NCBI GenBank assembly: GCA_030765605.1
Contig: JAVCCG010000133.1
Coordinates: forward strand, 12,086-76,085
Reading direction: 5' to 3'
DNA: 64,000 nucleotides
Source: Candidatus Alcyoniella australis
Lineage (GTDB): Bacteria; Lernaellota; Lernaellaia; JAVCCG01; Alcyoniellaceae
This document shows, piece after piece, positions 29,044-39,727 of the stretch (its first letter is position 1; the number at the start of each line of letters is the position of its first letter). Both the position numbers and the translations under genes were made by a program. The notes beneath the pieces were generated by a model. The model saw only the letters and a program-made list of their open reading frames with translations, did not search any database and had not been told where the DNA came from.

Positions 29044-30557
29044 AACGCCGCTTTTCCACCGAGCTCAAGGTCGGACTGTTCTTCATCGTGATGTTATTGA
29101 TGATCGCCTTTATCAGCCTGCGGCTGGGCAACATCAACCTGTTCGAGGAACGCGGCTACGTGGTCTGGGCGGTGTTCGACACCGCCGCCGGCGTCAACCC
29201 CGAGACCGAGGTGCTCTACGCCGGAATCCGCATCGGCCGGGTCGATGCAATCAAACTGCACGAGGGCAAGGCGCGGATCGAGATGCTGGTCCTGCCCGGG
29301 GTCAAGCTCGAGCGCGACTGCTCGATCGCGCTGATGAGCAAGGGATTCCTCGGCGCGCGCTACATGGAGATCTCGCCGGGCACTGTCGGCGCCGAGCCGC
29401 TCAAGGACGGCGACCAAATTAAGAGGGTCACCGCGCCGTTCGATATTTCATCTGTGGGCGGAGAGCTCAACGTGGTGGTCGACGATATTCAGGCGATTAC
29501 CGCCAACTTGCGCGACGTGCTGGGCGACGAACAGGGGCTGGTGGCACTCGAACAGATTTTGGAGAACGTGCGCGGCGTAACCGAGCAGGCCAACCAGATG
29601 GCCACGGACAACCAACGCGAGCTGCACCGCATCCTGAGCAACCTGGCGGTGATCACCGAGAGCCTGGCGCGGGTCAGCTCGGCCAACGACGATGCGATGT
29701 CCGCCGCCCTGGGCGACCTACCCGAAATCACCGAAAACCTGCGCGTGATAACCGAGAACCTCTCGCGCATCGTGCAGAACAACTCCGATGGCATGGACAG
29801 CGCCATGTCGCGCATCGCCGACTCCTCCGAGCAGCTGCGCGGTACGCTGAGCAACCTCAACGAGATCACCGCCAAGATCAACGCGGGCGAGGGCACGTTG
29901 GGCAAGCTGGTCAACGACGAGGAGACCATCTCCAAGCTCAACGAGACCCTCGACGGCGTCAAGGAGCTGGTGAGCACCGCGCGCAACACGCGCACCGAGG
30001 TCGGCTACCGCGCCGACTACTACGCCGACCCCGAAGATTGGCGGCACTCGATCGACCTGCGGATCAGCCCGCGGCCGGATAAGTACGTGCAGATCGGCGT
30101 GGTCAGCTCCGAGATGGGCTCGACCAAGCGCACCGATACCCGCACCGAGACCACGACCAACCCCGGCGAGGACGACGAGAAAAAAGTCGTTGAGGAAGAG
30201 ATTAAGACGGTCACCTCCGACCAGTACCGCTTTACCGCGCTCTACGCCCGGCGCTTCCACGACTTGGTGGTGCGCGGCGGGCTGATCGAGAGCGAGGGCG
30301 GCGTGGGGTTGGACTACTACTTCTTCCAGGACCACCTGCTGCTCTCGGCCGAGGCCTTTGACTTTGACGCGGACCGCGATCCGCGGCTGCGCGCGGTGCT
30401 CAACCTACGGCTGCTCGAACACATCTACCTCGGCGGCGGAGTCGACGACTACACCGACAACTTCGAGGACCCACTGTGGTTCGTCGGCGCCGGACTGATG
30501 ATCCGCGACGACGACCTGTCATGGCTACTGACCCGTATTCCCACTCCGGGATTCTAA
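29040..30557 (+). CDS. MCE-domain (MlaD-family) protein with long coiled-coil/helical C-terminal extension
   Basis: N-terminal TM + MCE domain, then ~250 aa of heptad-like helical repeats and a C-terminal beta-rich region; ATGA overlap with mlaF. Confidence 0.75.
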   Translation: MKRRFSTELKVGLFFIVMLLMIAFISLRLGNINLFEERGYVVWAVFDTAAGVNPETEVLYAGIRIGRVDAIKLHEGKARIEMLVLPGVKLERDCSIALMSKGFLGARYMEISPGTVGAEPLKDGDQIKRVTAPFDISSVGGELNVVVDDIQAITANLRDVLGDEQGLVALEQILENVRGVTEQANQMATDNQRELHRILSNLAVITESLARVSSANDDAMSAALGDLPEITENLRVITENLSRIVQNNSDGMDSAMSRIADSSEQLRGTLSNLNEITAKINAGEGTLGKLVNDEETISKLNETLDGVKELVSTARNTRTEVGYRADYYADPEDWRHSIDLRISPRPDKYVQIGVVSSEMGSTKRTDTRTETTTNPGEDDEKKVVEEEIKTVTSDQYRFTALYARRFHDLVVRGGLIESEGGVGLDYYFFQDHLLLSAEAFDFDADRDPRLRAVLNLRLLEHIYLGGGVDDYTDNFEDPLWFVGAGLMIRDDDLSWLLTRIPTPGF

Positions 30558-30578
30558 ATAATTATTGAGGAGGCCCAG

Positions 30579-31526
30579 TTGAGAAGAAATCTGATTTTGA
30601 TCGTTGTGCTGATCGCCTCGATCGTCGTGGCCGCGGTTGTGGTCTCGGCGCAGGACAAGGTATTCGAGGTCAAGTTCACCCCGCGTTGCACCAACGGCAC
30701 CAAGATGATCCCGGATTCGGCCGGGTGGGAATTTGTGCCCGATCGGCCGATGACGATCTCGATTCCGGACATTCCGCTGAGCGCGGATGAGAAGGAACAG
30801 CTCTACAGCGGCGAGCCGATCTGCAAGATGTTGCCCGGCCAGGGCGACAAGAAGATCGGTTGGATGCGCTTTTTCGCGCCGTTCGACCCGGTGACCGCCT
30901 ACTGGGTAATCACCGACTCGGGGCGATTCAGCCAGCAGGACGAATCGTTCCCCTCCACCGGCTCGCTGTTCCGCAAGCGCCACACCTTCATGCCGTATTG
31001 CTTTGACAACGCGATCTGCCCGGCCGAGGACATGCTGTGGAACCTGCAGTACCTGGTGATGCCGCTGGTCAAACCGCGGATGGTCTGCACCTCGCTGTGC
31101 CGCAACCGCGACAACTTCCCCTGGGAGTCGGCCTGGTGGTCCAGCCCAAACTTCTATTGCATGGACAAGATCGAGGCCGAGCTGCAAGACGAGCTCAAAG
31201 AGGCTGTGCGCATCTCACGCAACCGCGGCGCCTGGCATGTGAGCATGCTGCCGCAGGAGTTCCGCCGCACGGCCGGCGATCTCAATCGTGCGCAGATTCT
31301 CTACATCGTCGATACCGAGGCCGGCGGCTCGCTGGGCAACCTGCAGAGCATTTCCAACGCGGCCACCCAGAAGGCGCTGCCCAACCTGGCGGCCAACGTG
31401 ACGTTCATCGGCGAGCGTTGGGAGTGGTTCATGAAGAAGTACCATCCGGCGGATGATCTGCAACGCTTCCACGCTGAGCAGACCGAATATCGCAGCATTT
31501 GGGGTCCGCAGTTCAACGCCAAATAG
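30579..31526 (+). CDS. Exported Cys-rich hypothetical protein (315 aa), last gene of mla cluster
   Basis: Signal peptide MRRNLILIVVLIASIVVAAVVVSA; 10 Cys; no known motif. Confidence 0.55.
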   Translation: MRRNLILIVVLIASIVVAAVVVSAQDKVFEVKFTPRCTNGTKMIPDSAGWEFVPDRPMTISIPDIPLSADEKEQLYSGEPICKMLPGQGDKKIGWMRFFAPFDPVTAYWVITDSGRFSQQDESFPSTGSLFRKRHTFMPYCFDNAICPAEDMLWNLQYLVMPLVKPRMVCTSLCRNRDNFPWESAWWSSPNFYCMDKIEAELQDELKEAVRISRNRGAWHVSMLPQEFRRTAGDLNRAQILYIVDTEAGGSLGNLQSISNAATQKALPNLAANVTFIGERWEWFMKKYHPADDLQRFHAEQTEYRSIWGPQFNAK

Positions 31527-31551
31527 GCGGCAAAGAGACAATGCATCTGTT

Positions 31552-31588
31552 CCGCGCCCCCGGAGATCTGGGGGCGCGTTCTGTTTTT
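31552..31588 (+). terminator. Rho-independent terminator (cgcgcccccggagatctgggggcgcg + TTCTGTTTTT)
   Basis: 10-bp GC stem, 6-nt loop, T-rich tail after the mla cluster. Confidence 0.75.
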
Positions 31589-31622
31589 GAGGCTAAGTGG
31601 CGATGATTATCACGCGTCCTAA

Positions 31623-31799
31623 CCCGCATTTCTCACGAGGGGTCTACTGCGGTGCACAATCTGCTCGCAATAACAGCGTCATCCTCGCCGATCCATGCTC
31701 GACGTACCGCAGAGGGTACGTCTGCGCAGAATCGACTCGTCTTCCTTGTTCTTGCGGCATCTTGCACGCCTCGCTACGAACCCTCGTGAGAAATGCGGG
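31623..31799 (+). repeat. Copy 2 of the ~178-bp intergenic repeat element; terminal stem cccgcatttctcacgagggg / cccctcgtgagaaatgcggg (19-20 bp perfect)
   Basis: Core aligns with copies 1 and 3; 3' arm contains the ATG (31793) of the downstream zincin-like gene. Confidence 0.8.
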
Positions 31800-32158
31800 C
31801 TAAATTCGAGCGCATTGTTCAGCGCGCGCTGGACACGATCCCGGACGAGTTCCAGGAGTACATCGCGCAGGTGCCGGTGCTGGTCGAGGATCGGCCGGAC
31901 CCCGAGCTGCTGGCCGAGCTGGGCATGGACCCGGACGAGCTGCTGTTCGGGGTGTTCCTCGGCGTGCCCGTGGGCGAGCTCAGTGTGTTCGACGTGGTAA
32001 CCGACGTGCCGCGGATCGTGATCTTCCGCGAGGATCTGAGCCAGGCGTTCCCCGACGAGGCCGAGCTTTGCCACGAGATCCAGACCACGGTGCTGCACGA
32101 GGTGGCGCACCTGTTCGGCCTGGACGAGGCGCGGCTGGATGAACTGGGGTTCGGTTGA
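31793..32158 (+). CDS. Small HExxH zincin-like metallopeptidase-family protein
   Basis: 121 aa, 'VLHEVAHLFGLDE' HExxH motif, acidic; start codon inside repeat copy 2. Confidence 0.55.
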   Translation: MRAKFERIVQRALDTIPDEFQEYIAQVPVLVEDRPDPELLAELGMDPDELLFGVFLGVPVGELSVFDVVTDVPRIVIFREDLSQAFPDEAELCHEIQTTVLHEVAHLFGLDEARLDELGFG

Positions 32159-32177
32159 CGCGGGAAAGAATCCGGAC

Positions 32178-32801
32178 TTAGCCCGCGTTGAGTTCGAGCT
32201 CCACCGCGGCATGCAGCAGCTGCAACACCATGCGTTCGTTTGGATCGTCCGTATTCTTCAGCAGCATACGCAGATGTTTGCGCGCGGGCTCATAGCGGCT
32301 CAGGGCATAACTGAGAAAGGCGACCCTCCACCGGTAACGGCGGACTTGGGCCGTGTTGCTTTCCGGTCGTTTCAGCGTGTCTTGCAGCATTATCCGGTAA
32401 TGCTGCAATGATGAGCGATAGTCGCCGGTGCGGAAGTACATCGAGGCCAGACCGCGATGTGGGCAGTTGGCGAATCCTTTGCCCGCGTTGACGTCGATCG
32501 CTTGGGTCAGCAGCTCCTCGCCCAACTTCTCGAATCCCTCCTCGTGGGCATACTCCATGCCCAGAGTGACCAACGGAGCATAGGCCCCGCGCTGTGTGGC
32601 CGTACGCAACATGGCCTGGATCTCGGGTTGCGATGTGTCGTGGAGGTCGAATCCAACGTAATACAGGAACGAGTCAAAGCCGTCCTTGGCCTTGCCCTGA
32701 GGAGTGCTTTCGATCTGGAGCGGCTCGTGCAGCAGGTTGTCCGCCGCAGCCAGGCTGGCGGCGAGCAGCCGACCGACGTACGGCCCAATAAGGGCGCGCA
32801 A
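32178..32801 (-). CDS. Hypothetical helical (TPR-like) protein
   Basis: 207 aa, consistent codon usage, no motif recognised. Confidence 0.45.
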   Translation of the reverse strand: MRALIGPYVGRLLAASLAAADNLLHEPLQIESTPQGKAKDGFDSFLYYVGFDLHDTSQPEIQAMLRTATQRGAYAPLVTLGMEYAHEEGFEKLGEELLTQAIDVNAGKGFANCPHRGLASMYFRTGDYRSSLQHYRIMLQDTLKRPESNTAQVRRYRWRVAFLSYALSRYEPARKHLRMLLKNTDDPNERMVLQLLHAAVELELNAG

Positions 32802-32857
32802 TGTGGCGCACCGTTGATTTGTCCATCTAGATAAAATTGTCTAGATACGGCTATAAA

Positions 32858-34195
<1,338 letters not shown>

Positions 34196-34300
34196 CGTTT
34201 GGCTCCCAGGAAAACGGGTCGTCTATTTTTCTATTATAGCATCTCTGGACGATGATTCGTGGGTGACCGTTGTGACTTGGTCGGTTTTCCGAGGTAAAAT

Positions 34301-34876
34301 TTGATTATGAAAACACGAGCGCTGTCGATCTTCGTCTCCGGTCTGATCCTAGCCTCGCTGCTGCTTGGCGCCTGCGGCCAAAAGGAGCGCGAGGCCCTGA
34401 CCCTGGCGCGGGGCGAGGGGACCTACCAAGCCTATCGACGCTTTGCCGCCGAGTATCCCAGCAACTCCGACGGCCAATATTTCCTGGCCGTAGTCGGCCT
34501 GGTGACCGGCCGCGACCCGATCACCGATCCGGTGTTGCAAACTGCGGTGGAGACCGCGCCGGACAGGGTGCGCAACGGCTACGAGCTTCGCGCGCAGTAT
34601 CGCGCCGCGGTTGCTGAGGCCGACAGTTGCGTACTTCATTGTTCGGATGCGTTCATTGACTGTTCGCTGGCAGCCAAGGATCCGGCGGGGGAGGTCGACT
34701 ACCCGGCCCTGGACAACTGCACGGGCGGCCTGGGCGTGTGCACCGACGCCTGCGATCCGCTGGTTGAAACCGCGCGCGAACACGCCGAGGTCTATTCCGT
34801 TGAGTTGGGGCTGATCGAACACGACGCCTCGCTGACGATCCTGGTGCTCGAACGCGAGCAGATCGAGACGCCCTAA
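34301..34876 (+). CDS. Hypothetical lipoprotein (Cys-rich C-terminal half)
   Basis: Signal peptide + LGACG lipobox; 8 Cys in C-terminal 70 aa. Confidence 0.5.
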   Translation: MIMKTRALSIFVSGLILASLLLGACGQKEREALTLARGEGTYQAYRRFAAEYPSNSDGQYFLAVVGLVTGRDPITDPVLQTAVETAPDRVRNGYELRAQYRAAVAEADSCVLHCSDAFIDCSLAAKDPAGEVDYPALDNCTGGLGVCTDACDPLVETAREHAEVYSVELGLIEHDASLTILVLEREQIETP

Positions 34877-35277
34877 CGCTGTTTGCGGTTGTAGTCGTCC
34901 TCAAGGCGGACGATGTCGTCCTCTTCCAGGTAGTCGCCGCGCTGGACCTCGATGAAAATCACGGTCTGATCGCCGGGGTTGGCGATGCGGTGGGCCGCGC
35001 CCACGGGAATGTCAACGGCCAGGCCGGGCTCGAGATCGAGCTGTTCGCCCTCAAGGATCACCAGGGCCGTGCCGCGCACCACGAGCCAGTGCTCGCTACG
35101 GCGCCTGTGGAACTGATAGCTCAGCCGATGGCCGGGCTCGACCTCGATCCGCTTGACCTTGAATCCGGGCTGGTGCTCAAGCACCTCCCAGCGTCCCCAC
35201 GGCGCTGTCGATTTTAGCTTGTCGTGCATGCCTGGCATTGTCCGCGAGGCCCAACGGCTAGTCAACCACTGCAACAA
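34873..35277 (-). CDS. Cupin protein, mannose-6-phosphate isomerase type II C-terminal-domain-like
   Basis: 'PWGRWEVL...KVKRIEVEPGHRLSYQFHRRRSEHWLVVRGTA...IPVGAAHRIANPG' matches PMI type-II cupin signature; start may be Met17 (35229). Confidence 0.65.
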   Translation of the reverse strand: MLQWLTSRWASRTMPGMHDKLKSTAPWGRWEVLEHQPGFKVKRIEVEPGHRLSYQFHRRRSEHWLVVRGTALVILEGEQLDLEPGLAVDIPVGAAHRIANPGDQTVIFIEVQRGDYLEEDDIVRLEDDYNRKQR

Positions 35278-35297
35278 CCGCCTCTCTTGGTTTATGA

Positions 35298-36194
35298 TTG
35301 CGCCCGATGCGCTACGAGGGGACCGTCTACCGACCGCCGAGCGAGGCCAACAGCCTGTTGATTCAGGCCACTGTTGGCTGTCCGCACAACCGTTGCGCTT
35401 TTTGCGAGATGTACCGCGACAAGCGCTTCCGCATCCGGCCCACCGCTGAGCTGCTCGAGGATCTGCAAAGCGCGCGCGAGGTCTACGGCAGCCAGGTGCG
35501 CTCGCTGTTCTTTCCTGACGGCAATTCGATCGTGCTCAAGACCGACGAGCTGGCGCGCGTGATCCAGCGCGCCTACGAGCTGTTCCCGCGCCTGGAGCGG
35601 GTCACGACCTACGGCAGCGCCAAGTTCCTGATCCGTAAGAGCTTCGATGATCTGCAACGCCTGCGTGCCGCCGGGCTGACGCGGATCCACGCCGGCATGG
35701 AGTCCGGCGACGCAGTCACCTTGGAGCGGATCAACAAGGGCGCGGACCCGCAGACCATGATCGAGGCCGGACGCCGCGTCAAAGAGGCGGGGATCGAGCT
35801 CAGCGAATATGTGATGATCGGCATCGGCGGGGTCGAGCGCACGCGCGAACACGCCATTGCCAGCGGCCAGGTGCTCTCGGCCGTGGACCCGGACTTCATC
35901 CGCATCCGCACCTTTGTGCCGCGGCCGGGCACGCCGCTTTATGAGCGGTGGCAACGCGGCGAATTCGCGCTGGTCGACGCCTACCAGGCGCTGGACGAGA
36001 CCGCGTTGCTGATCGAGCACATCGACGGAACCTCCGAGCTGCACTCGGACCACATCAGCAACTTCATCGACGTCGCGGGCCGTTTCCCCGAGGACAAATC
36101 CGCAATGCTCGCGGTCCTACAGCAGGCCAAAACCCGGCCGCGCTCAGCCTTTCGCCCTCCCACCGAGGAGCTGATTCACCTGATGAGCCTCTAA
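35298..36194 (+). CDS. Radical SAM protein (CxxxCxxC)
   Basis: 'VGCPHNRCAFCEMY' radical-SAM cluster motif near N-terminus; ~300 aa TIM-barrel type. Confidence 0.65.
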   Translation: MRPMRYEGTVYRPPSEANSLLIQATVGCPHNRCAFCEMYRDKRFRIRPTAELLEDLQSAREVYGSQVRSLFFPDGNSIVLKTDELARVIQRAYELFPRLERVTTYGSAKFLIRKSFDDLQRLRAAGLTRIHAGMESGDAVTLERINKGADPQTMIEAGRRVKEAGIELSEYVMIGIGGVERTREHAIASGQVLSAVDPDFIRIRTFVPRPGTPLYERWQRGEFALVDAYQALDETALLIEHIDGTSELHSDHISNFIDVAGRFPEDKSAMLAVLQQAKTRPRSAFRPPTEELIHLMSL

Positions 36195-36306
36195 CGCGTC
36201 CCGCCTGGGGAACGCGAACCGAGTTGTTGACAACTCCAGTTGGAGCCGACAGGATGCTTTTGGCAACCCGAAAAAAAGACACCGCTTTTCTATCCCGGGA
36301 GGTCAG

Positions 36307-37023
36307 ATGAGACCGACCATTTTGATCATCGCCCTGGCGTCCGCGTTGCTATTGCTGGTGGCCGCCCCGGCCCAAGCGCTGCATGTGCAGATGGATCTGC
36401 CGCAGATCGTTGAGCAGGCCCAGCTGGTGTTCATTGGAACGCCGGTCGAAGTCAGCTGCGAGCACAACCACGCAGGCGCGATTCAGACGCGCTATCGGCT
36501 GGACGTGGAGCGCACGCTCAAGGGGTCCGGGCTGTTGTCCGACCAGAACAGCCTGGAGCTGACCTTTGCCGGCGGCGAGATCGGCGAACAGGCGATGGTG
36601 GTCAGCGGCGTGCCTCAACTGGCTCTGGACCAGCGCTACGTACTGCTGGTGCTGCACGACGGCCAATCCTACCTCAGCCCGATCGTGGGCCAGCATCAGG
36701 GATTGTTCATGGTGCAGACCGAGCCGGCCACCGGCCGCGAGCTGGTGCTGACCGCCGATGGCCGGATGATCGAGAAGATCGAGAACGGCCGGTTGGTCGT
36801 CGGCGCGCGGGTGGAGCTGGACCAGCTCGGACGGCTGCAGGCGGTCGTCGAGCAGACCCCGCAGGCCAACCCAGAGCCGCCGGTCAGCCTGGACCCGGAC
36901 AAGGTGCGGGTGCTCGACCACCGCTCGGCCGAGCAGCCCTTTGTTGACACGCAACGCGCCATGCCCCTCAACGAGTTTCTCGAGACGCTGTCCGCGATGA
37001 TCGCGCAGGACCAGGCGCAGTAG
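36307..37023 (+). CDS. Secreted hypothetical protein
   Basis: Signal peptide MRPTILIIALASALLLLVAAPAQA; no motif. Confidence 0.5.
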   Translation: MRPTILIIALASALLLLVAAPAQALHVQMDLPQIVEQAQLVFIGTPVEVSCEHNHAGAIQTRYRLDVERTLKGSGLLSDQNSLELTFAGGEIGEQAMVVSGVPQLALDQRYVLLVLHDGQSYLSPIVGQHQGLFMVQTEPATGRELVLTADGRMIEKIENGRLVVGARVELDQLGRLQAVVEQTPQANPEPPVSLDPDKVRVLDHRSAEQPFVDTQRAMPLNEFLETLSAMIAQDQAQ

Positions 37024-37032
37024 GGGGAACGG

Positions 37033-38322
37033 ATGAGCGACCGAGCATCGAAGATAAAGATCGCGCTGCTGTGCTTTGCCCTGCTGCTGGCCGCAGGCCT
37101 GGCTCTGGCCGACGTGCCACACAGCCGGACCCGCGACGTGCCGTACACCATCAACCAGTTCCCGTCGAGCTATGATCCCTGGGAGCAGTACGACGAGTCG
37201 TTGATGTATCAATGGGACACCTTTGCCAACGTGATGTATCCCGCCTCAAGCCCGCCGGGCACATTCGGGGCGGGCAATGGCAAGAACGAATACGCCGGGT
37301 TTCTGACCAACTCCCAGGTGGACTCGTACTATGGCTTCACCTGGGGCGGGGCCGCGGCCATGACCATTAGCTGGTGGGATCACACCGGACACATCTCGGA
37401 ATCGGACATCGCCTGGAACGCGCACCTGAATTGGACAACCGATATCGAGGATTACCTGGAAGACTCCTCGATTTTGCCCTATCAGCTGGCCACGATCCAC
37501 GAGCTGGGGCACACCTTCGGCCTGGACGACTACGACTATGACAAGTCCGATGATAAGTCGGTCGGCTACGAGACCGTGATGAACTACTCACACCCCTGGC
37601 ACAACTACGCTCTGGGATTGGACGATGGCCAGACCGTGCAGAAGATGTACCCCAGCCGCCAGAATACGGTGCACGACCTCGGAATTTACGACTTCCACTG
37701 CACCAGCCAGTTCTCCTGCCCGGACGCGAGCAAGTCCACCGGCTCGGTGGCCTGCGGCCGCTCGTTCGAGATCGACGGCATACAGATCGCCAACCTGGGC
37801 AATTACAGCGAGTCCAACGTCTCGGCCACGTTCTATCTTTCCGAGGACATCAATATCAGCTCCTCGGACGTGAAACTGGGCACGATCAGCTTCGGCAGCC
37901 TGGCCAGCCGCTCGCGCAGTATCGTCGATGTGGAGTTGACGGTCCCCTCCGACACTGACATCGACACCTACTACGTGGGCGCGATCATCTCCGGCGCTTC
38001 GGGTGACGCGCTGTCGGAGAACAACTCGATGTTTCTGCCCGGGCAGATCAGGGTCACCTCAAGCGGCGGCGGCGGTGGCGACGACGACGAGCCCAACGAC
38101 CCGCAGGACTGCGAACGCTTCTGCGAGGTGATAGATAGCTGCTCCCTGGCCTCGGAGATCGACGTTTCGTCCTGGGACGAGTGCGTGAACCTGTGCGAGA
38201 TCATTCGCCATTCGGTGCTCGAGTGCGTGCTCGATGCCACCTACTGCTCCGAGGTCGCGGACTGCATCGGTGCAGGCGACGACTCAAGCTCCGACGATGA
38301 GGAAGACGCCTGCTGCGGCTGA
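37033..38322 (+). CDS. Secreted metzincin-like zinc metalloprotease (HExxHxxGxxD, snapalysin-like) with C-terminal Cys-rich acidic module
   Basis: 'IHELGHTFGLDDYDYD' + Met-turn-like 'ETVMNYS'; middle CARDB-like beta domain; tail GGGGGDDDEPNDPQDCERFCEVIDSC...EEDACCG. Confidence 0.6.
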   Translation: MSDRASKIKIALLCFALLLAAGLALADVPHSRTRDVPYTINQFPSSYDPWEQYDESLMYQWDTFANVMYPASSPPGTFGAGNGKNEYAGFLTNSQVDSYYGFTWGGAAAMTISWWDHTGHISESDIAWNAHLNWTTDIEDYLEDSSILPYQLATIHELGHTFGLDDYDYDKSDDKSVGYETVMNYSHPWHNYALGLDDGQTVQKMYPSRQNTVHDLGIYDFHCTSQFSCPDASKSTGSVACGRSFEIDGIQIANLGNYSESNVSATFYLSEDINISSSDVKLGTISFGSLASRSRSIVDVELTVPSDTDIDTYYVGAIISGASGDALSENNSMFLPGQIRVTSSGGGGGDDDEPNDPQDCERFCEVIDSCSLASEIDVSSWDECVNLCEIIRHSVLECVLDATYCSEVADCIGAGDDSSSDDEEDACCG

Positions 38323-38464
38323 TTGATCTTCAGCCGTGGCGAGGAACGCCCCACGTACTATAGAATTATGGGTGTCCCCGAAACTTCGGATCTCTTCCCT
38401 TGAGCATGTCAGAATAAGGTGCTAAATTCTGACCTGTCGGAAGCGTGAACGAGGAGCGGGGCTT

Positions 38465-38752
38465 ATGAACCTGAAAGACGACGTTAGGCCGATCACCTAC
38501 CTAAAGAACAACACCGCGGAGTTGGTGCGGGACGTTTCGCAGGACGGCCGAACCGTGCTGATTACGCAGAACGGCGAGGCCAAGGTCGTGGTGATGGACG
38601 TGGATACCTACTCCCGTTGGCGCAATGCCCTGGCGCTGATGAAGATGATCTCCCAGGGCGAGGCTGATGTTGACGCGGGCCGGGTGCTGACCCAGGACGA
38701 GGCGTTCGCAAGGGCGGAAAGGACAATCGAGCGGGCCACCGCCGATGAGTGA
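38465..38752 (+). CDS. Phd/YefM-family type II antitoxin
   Basis: 'RPITYLKNNTAELVRDVSQDGRTVLITQNGEAKVVVMDVDTY' is the canonical Phd/YefM N-terminal fold pattern. Confidence 0.75.
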   Translation: MNLKDDVRPITYLKNNTAELVRDVSQDGRTVLITQNGEAKVVVMDVDTYSRWRNALALMKMISQGEADVDAGRVLTQDEAFARAERTIERATADE

Positions 38753-39092
38753 GCGTAAATATAAAGTGCTCTGGGCTGAAAGCGGAGCACGCGACCTGGA
38801 GGAGATCGTCCTGCACATCGCCCAGGACTCTCCGGGCAACGCGCGCAAAGGACTCAAACGGCTGAGGGACAAGGCCGCGGCCCTGGAGACTCTTCCCCTG
38901 CGCGGTCGGGTCGTGCCCGAGCTGGCCCGCCTGGGCCTGCGCTCCTGGCGCGAGCTGATGTTGAAACCCTATCGCATTGTCTATCGCGTTGATTCCCAAA
39001 CCGTGCTGGTCCTGGCGCTCATCGACTCCCGCCGCGACCTGGAAGACCTGCTGCTCGAACGCATGGTAAGACCGGCAGATTTACAGTTATAA
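38745..39092 (+). CDS. parE: ParE/RelE-family type II toxin
   Basis: 115 aa, overlaps antitoxin by 8 nt, ParE-like 'ARDLEEIVLHIAQDSP...PELARLGLRSWREL...YRIVYRVD' pattern. Confidence 0.7.
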   Translation: MSERKYKVLWAESGARDLEEIVLHIAQDSPGNARKGLKRLRDKAAALETLPLRGRVVPELARLGLRSWRELMLKPYRIVYRVDSQTVLVLALIDSRRDLEDLLLERMVRPADLQL

Positions 39093-39385
39093 CGTCCGGT
39101 AGATTAATCGTTTGATATCAATCGCTTTCCGTCATCCTGAAACGGAGGCGAAGGATCTACGCGCGCATGGTGAATTTTGTTGTAACCAGGAGAGGGAAAA
39201 TTGAGGGCTCATCCCTACCACTCCGTCTGGAAATCCAATCCGAAAACACGAATGAGATTAAACATGATGGCTTCTAAAGATGGTTTATTTTATAATAATA
39301 TCAGTGTGGGTAGCCACGAATAGAAGACTCGCTGTAAGTAATTTGATTTACCTTATAGGTTAATCAAACTTGACAAAGGCTTCCT

Positions 39386-39727
39386 ATGGAAATAATATAT
39401 AAGTCGAAAAAGCTAGAAAATGCTTTCATGAAAAGGAAACAAGGCGTGCAGGAGTGGGGTGATCAAAACGCAAAGAAACTATTCCTGAGGCATACACAAC
39501 TACAAGCTGCTGACAACCTGGCAATTTTCAGCACATTACCCGCAACTGGCTTCGAACAATTGAGAGGCGACCGAAAAACTCAGTTCGCCTGTTACGGGAA
39601 ACACCCCTTCCGGCTCATTTTCGAAGCAGCCCATGATCCGGTACCTAGACAATCAGATGGTGGTGTGGACTTGGTTTTAGTGACAAGAATCCGAATCATT
39701 GAGGTGGTCGACTATCATGGCGACTGA
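39386..39727 (+). CDS. higB: HigB-like toxin (plasmid-maintenance-system killer family)
   Basis: 113 aa; N-terminal 'IIYKSKKLENAF' and C-terminal '...LRGDRKTQFACYGKHPFRLIFEA...IIEVVDYHGD' resemble the HigB/plasmid-killer family; low-GC (~45 %) context. Confidence 0.6.
   Translation: MEIIYKSKKLENAFMKRKQGVQEWGDQNAKKLFLRHTQLQAADNLAIFSTLPATGFEQLRGDRKTQFACYGKHPFRLIFEAAHDPVPRQSDGGVDLVLVTRIRIIEVVDYHGD

Noticed and set aside
31597-31803. Small ORFs inside the three repeat-element copies (5686-5901, 31597-31803, 31695-32000, 58045-58257)
   Set aside because: Their sequence similarity comes from the shared nucleotide repeat. The frames are not conserved between copies, and the peptides have no features.
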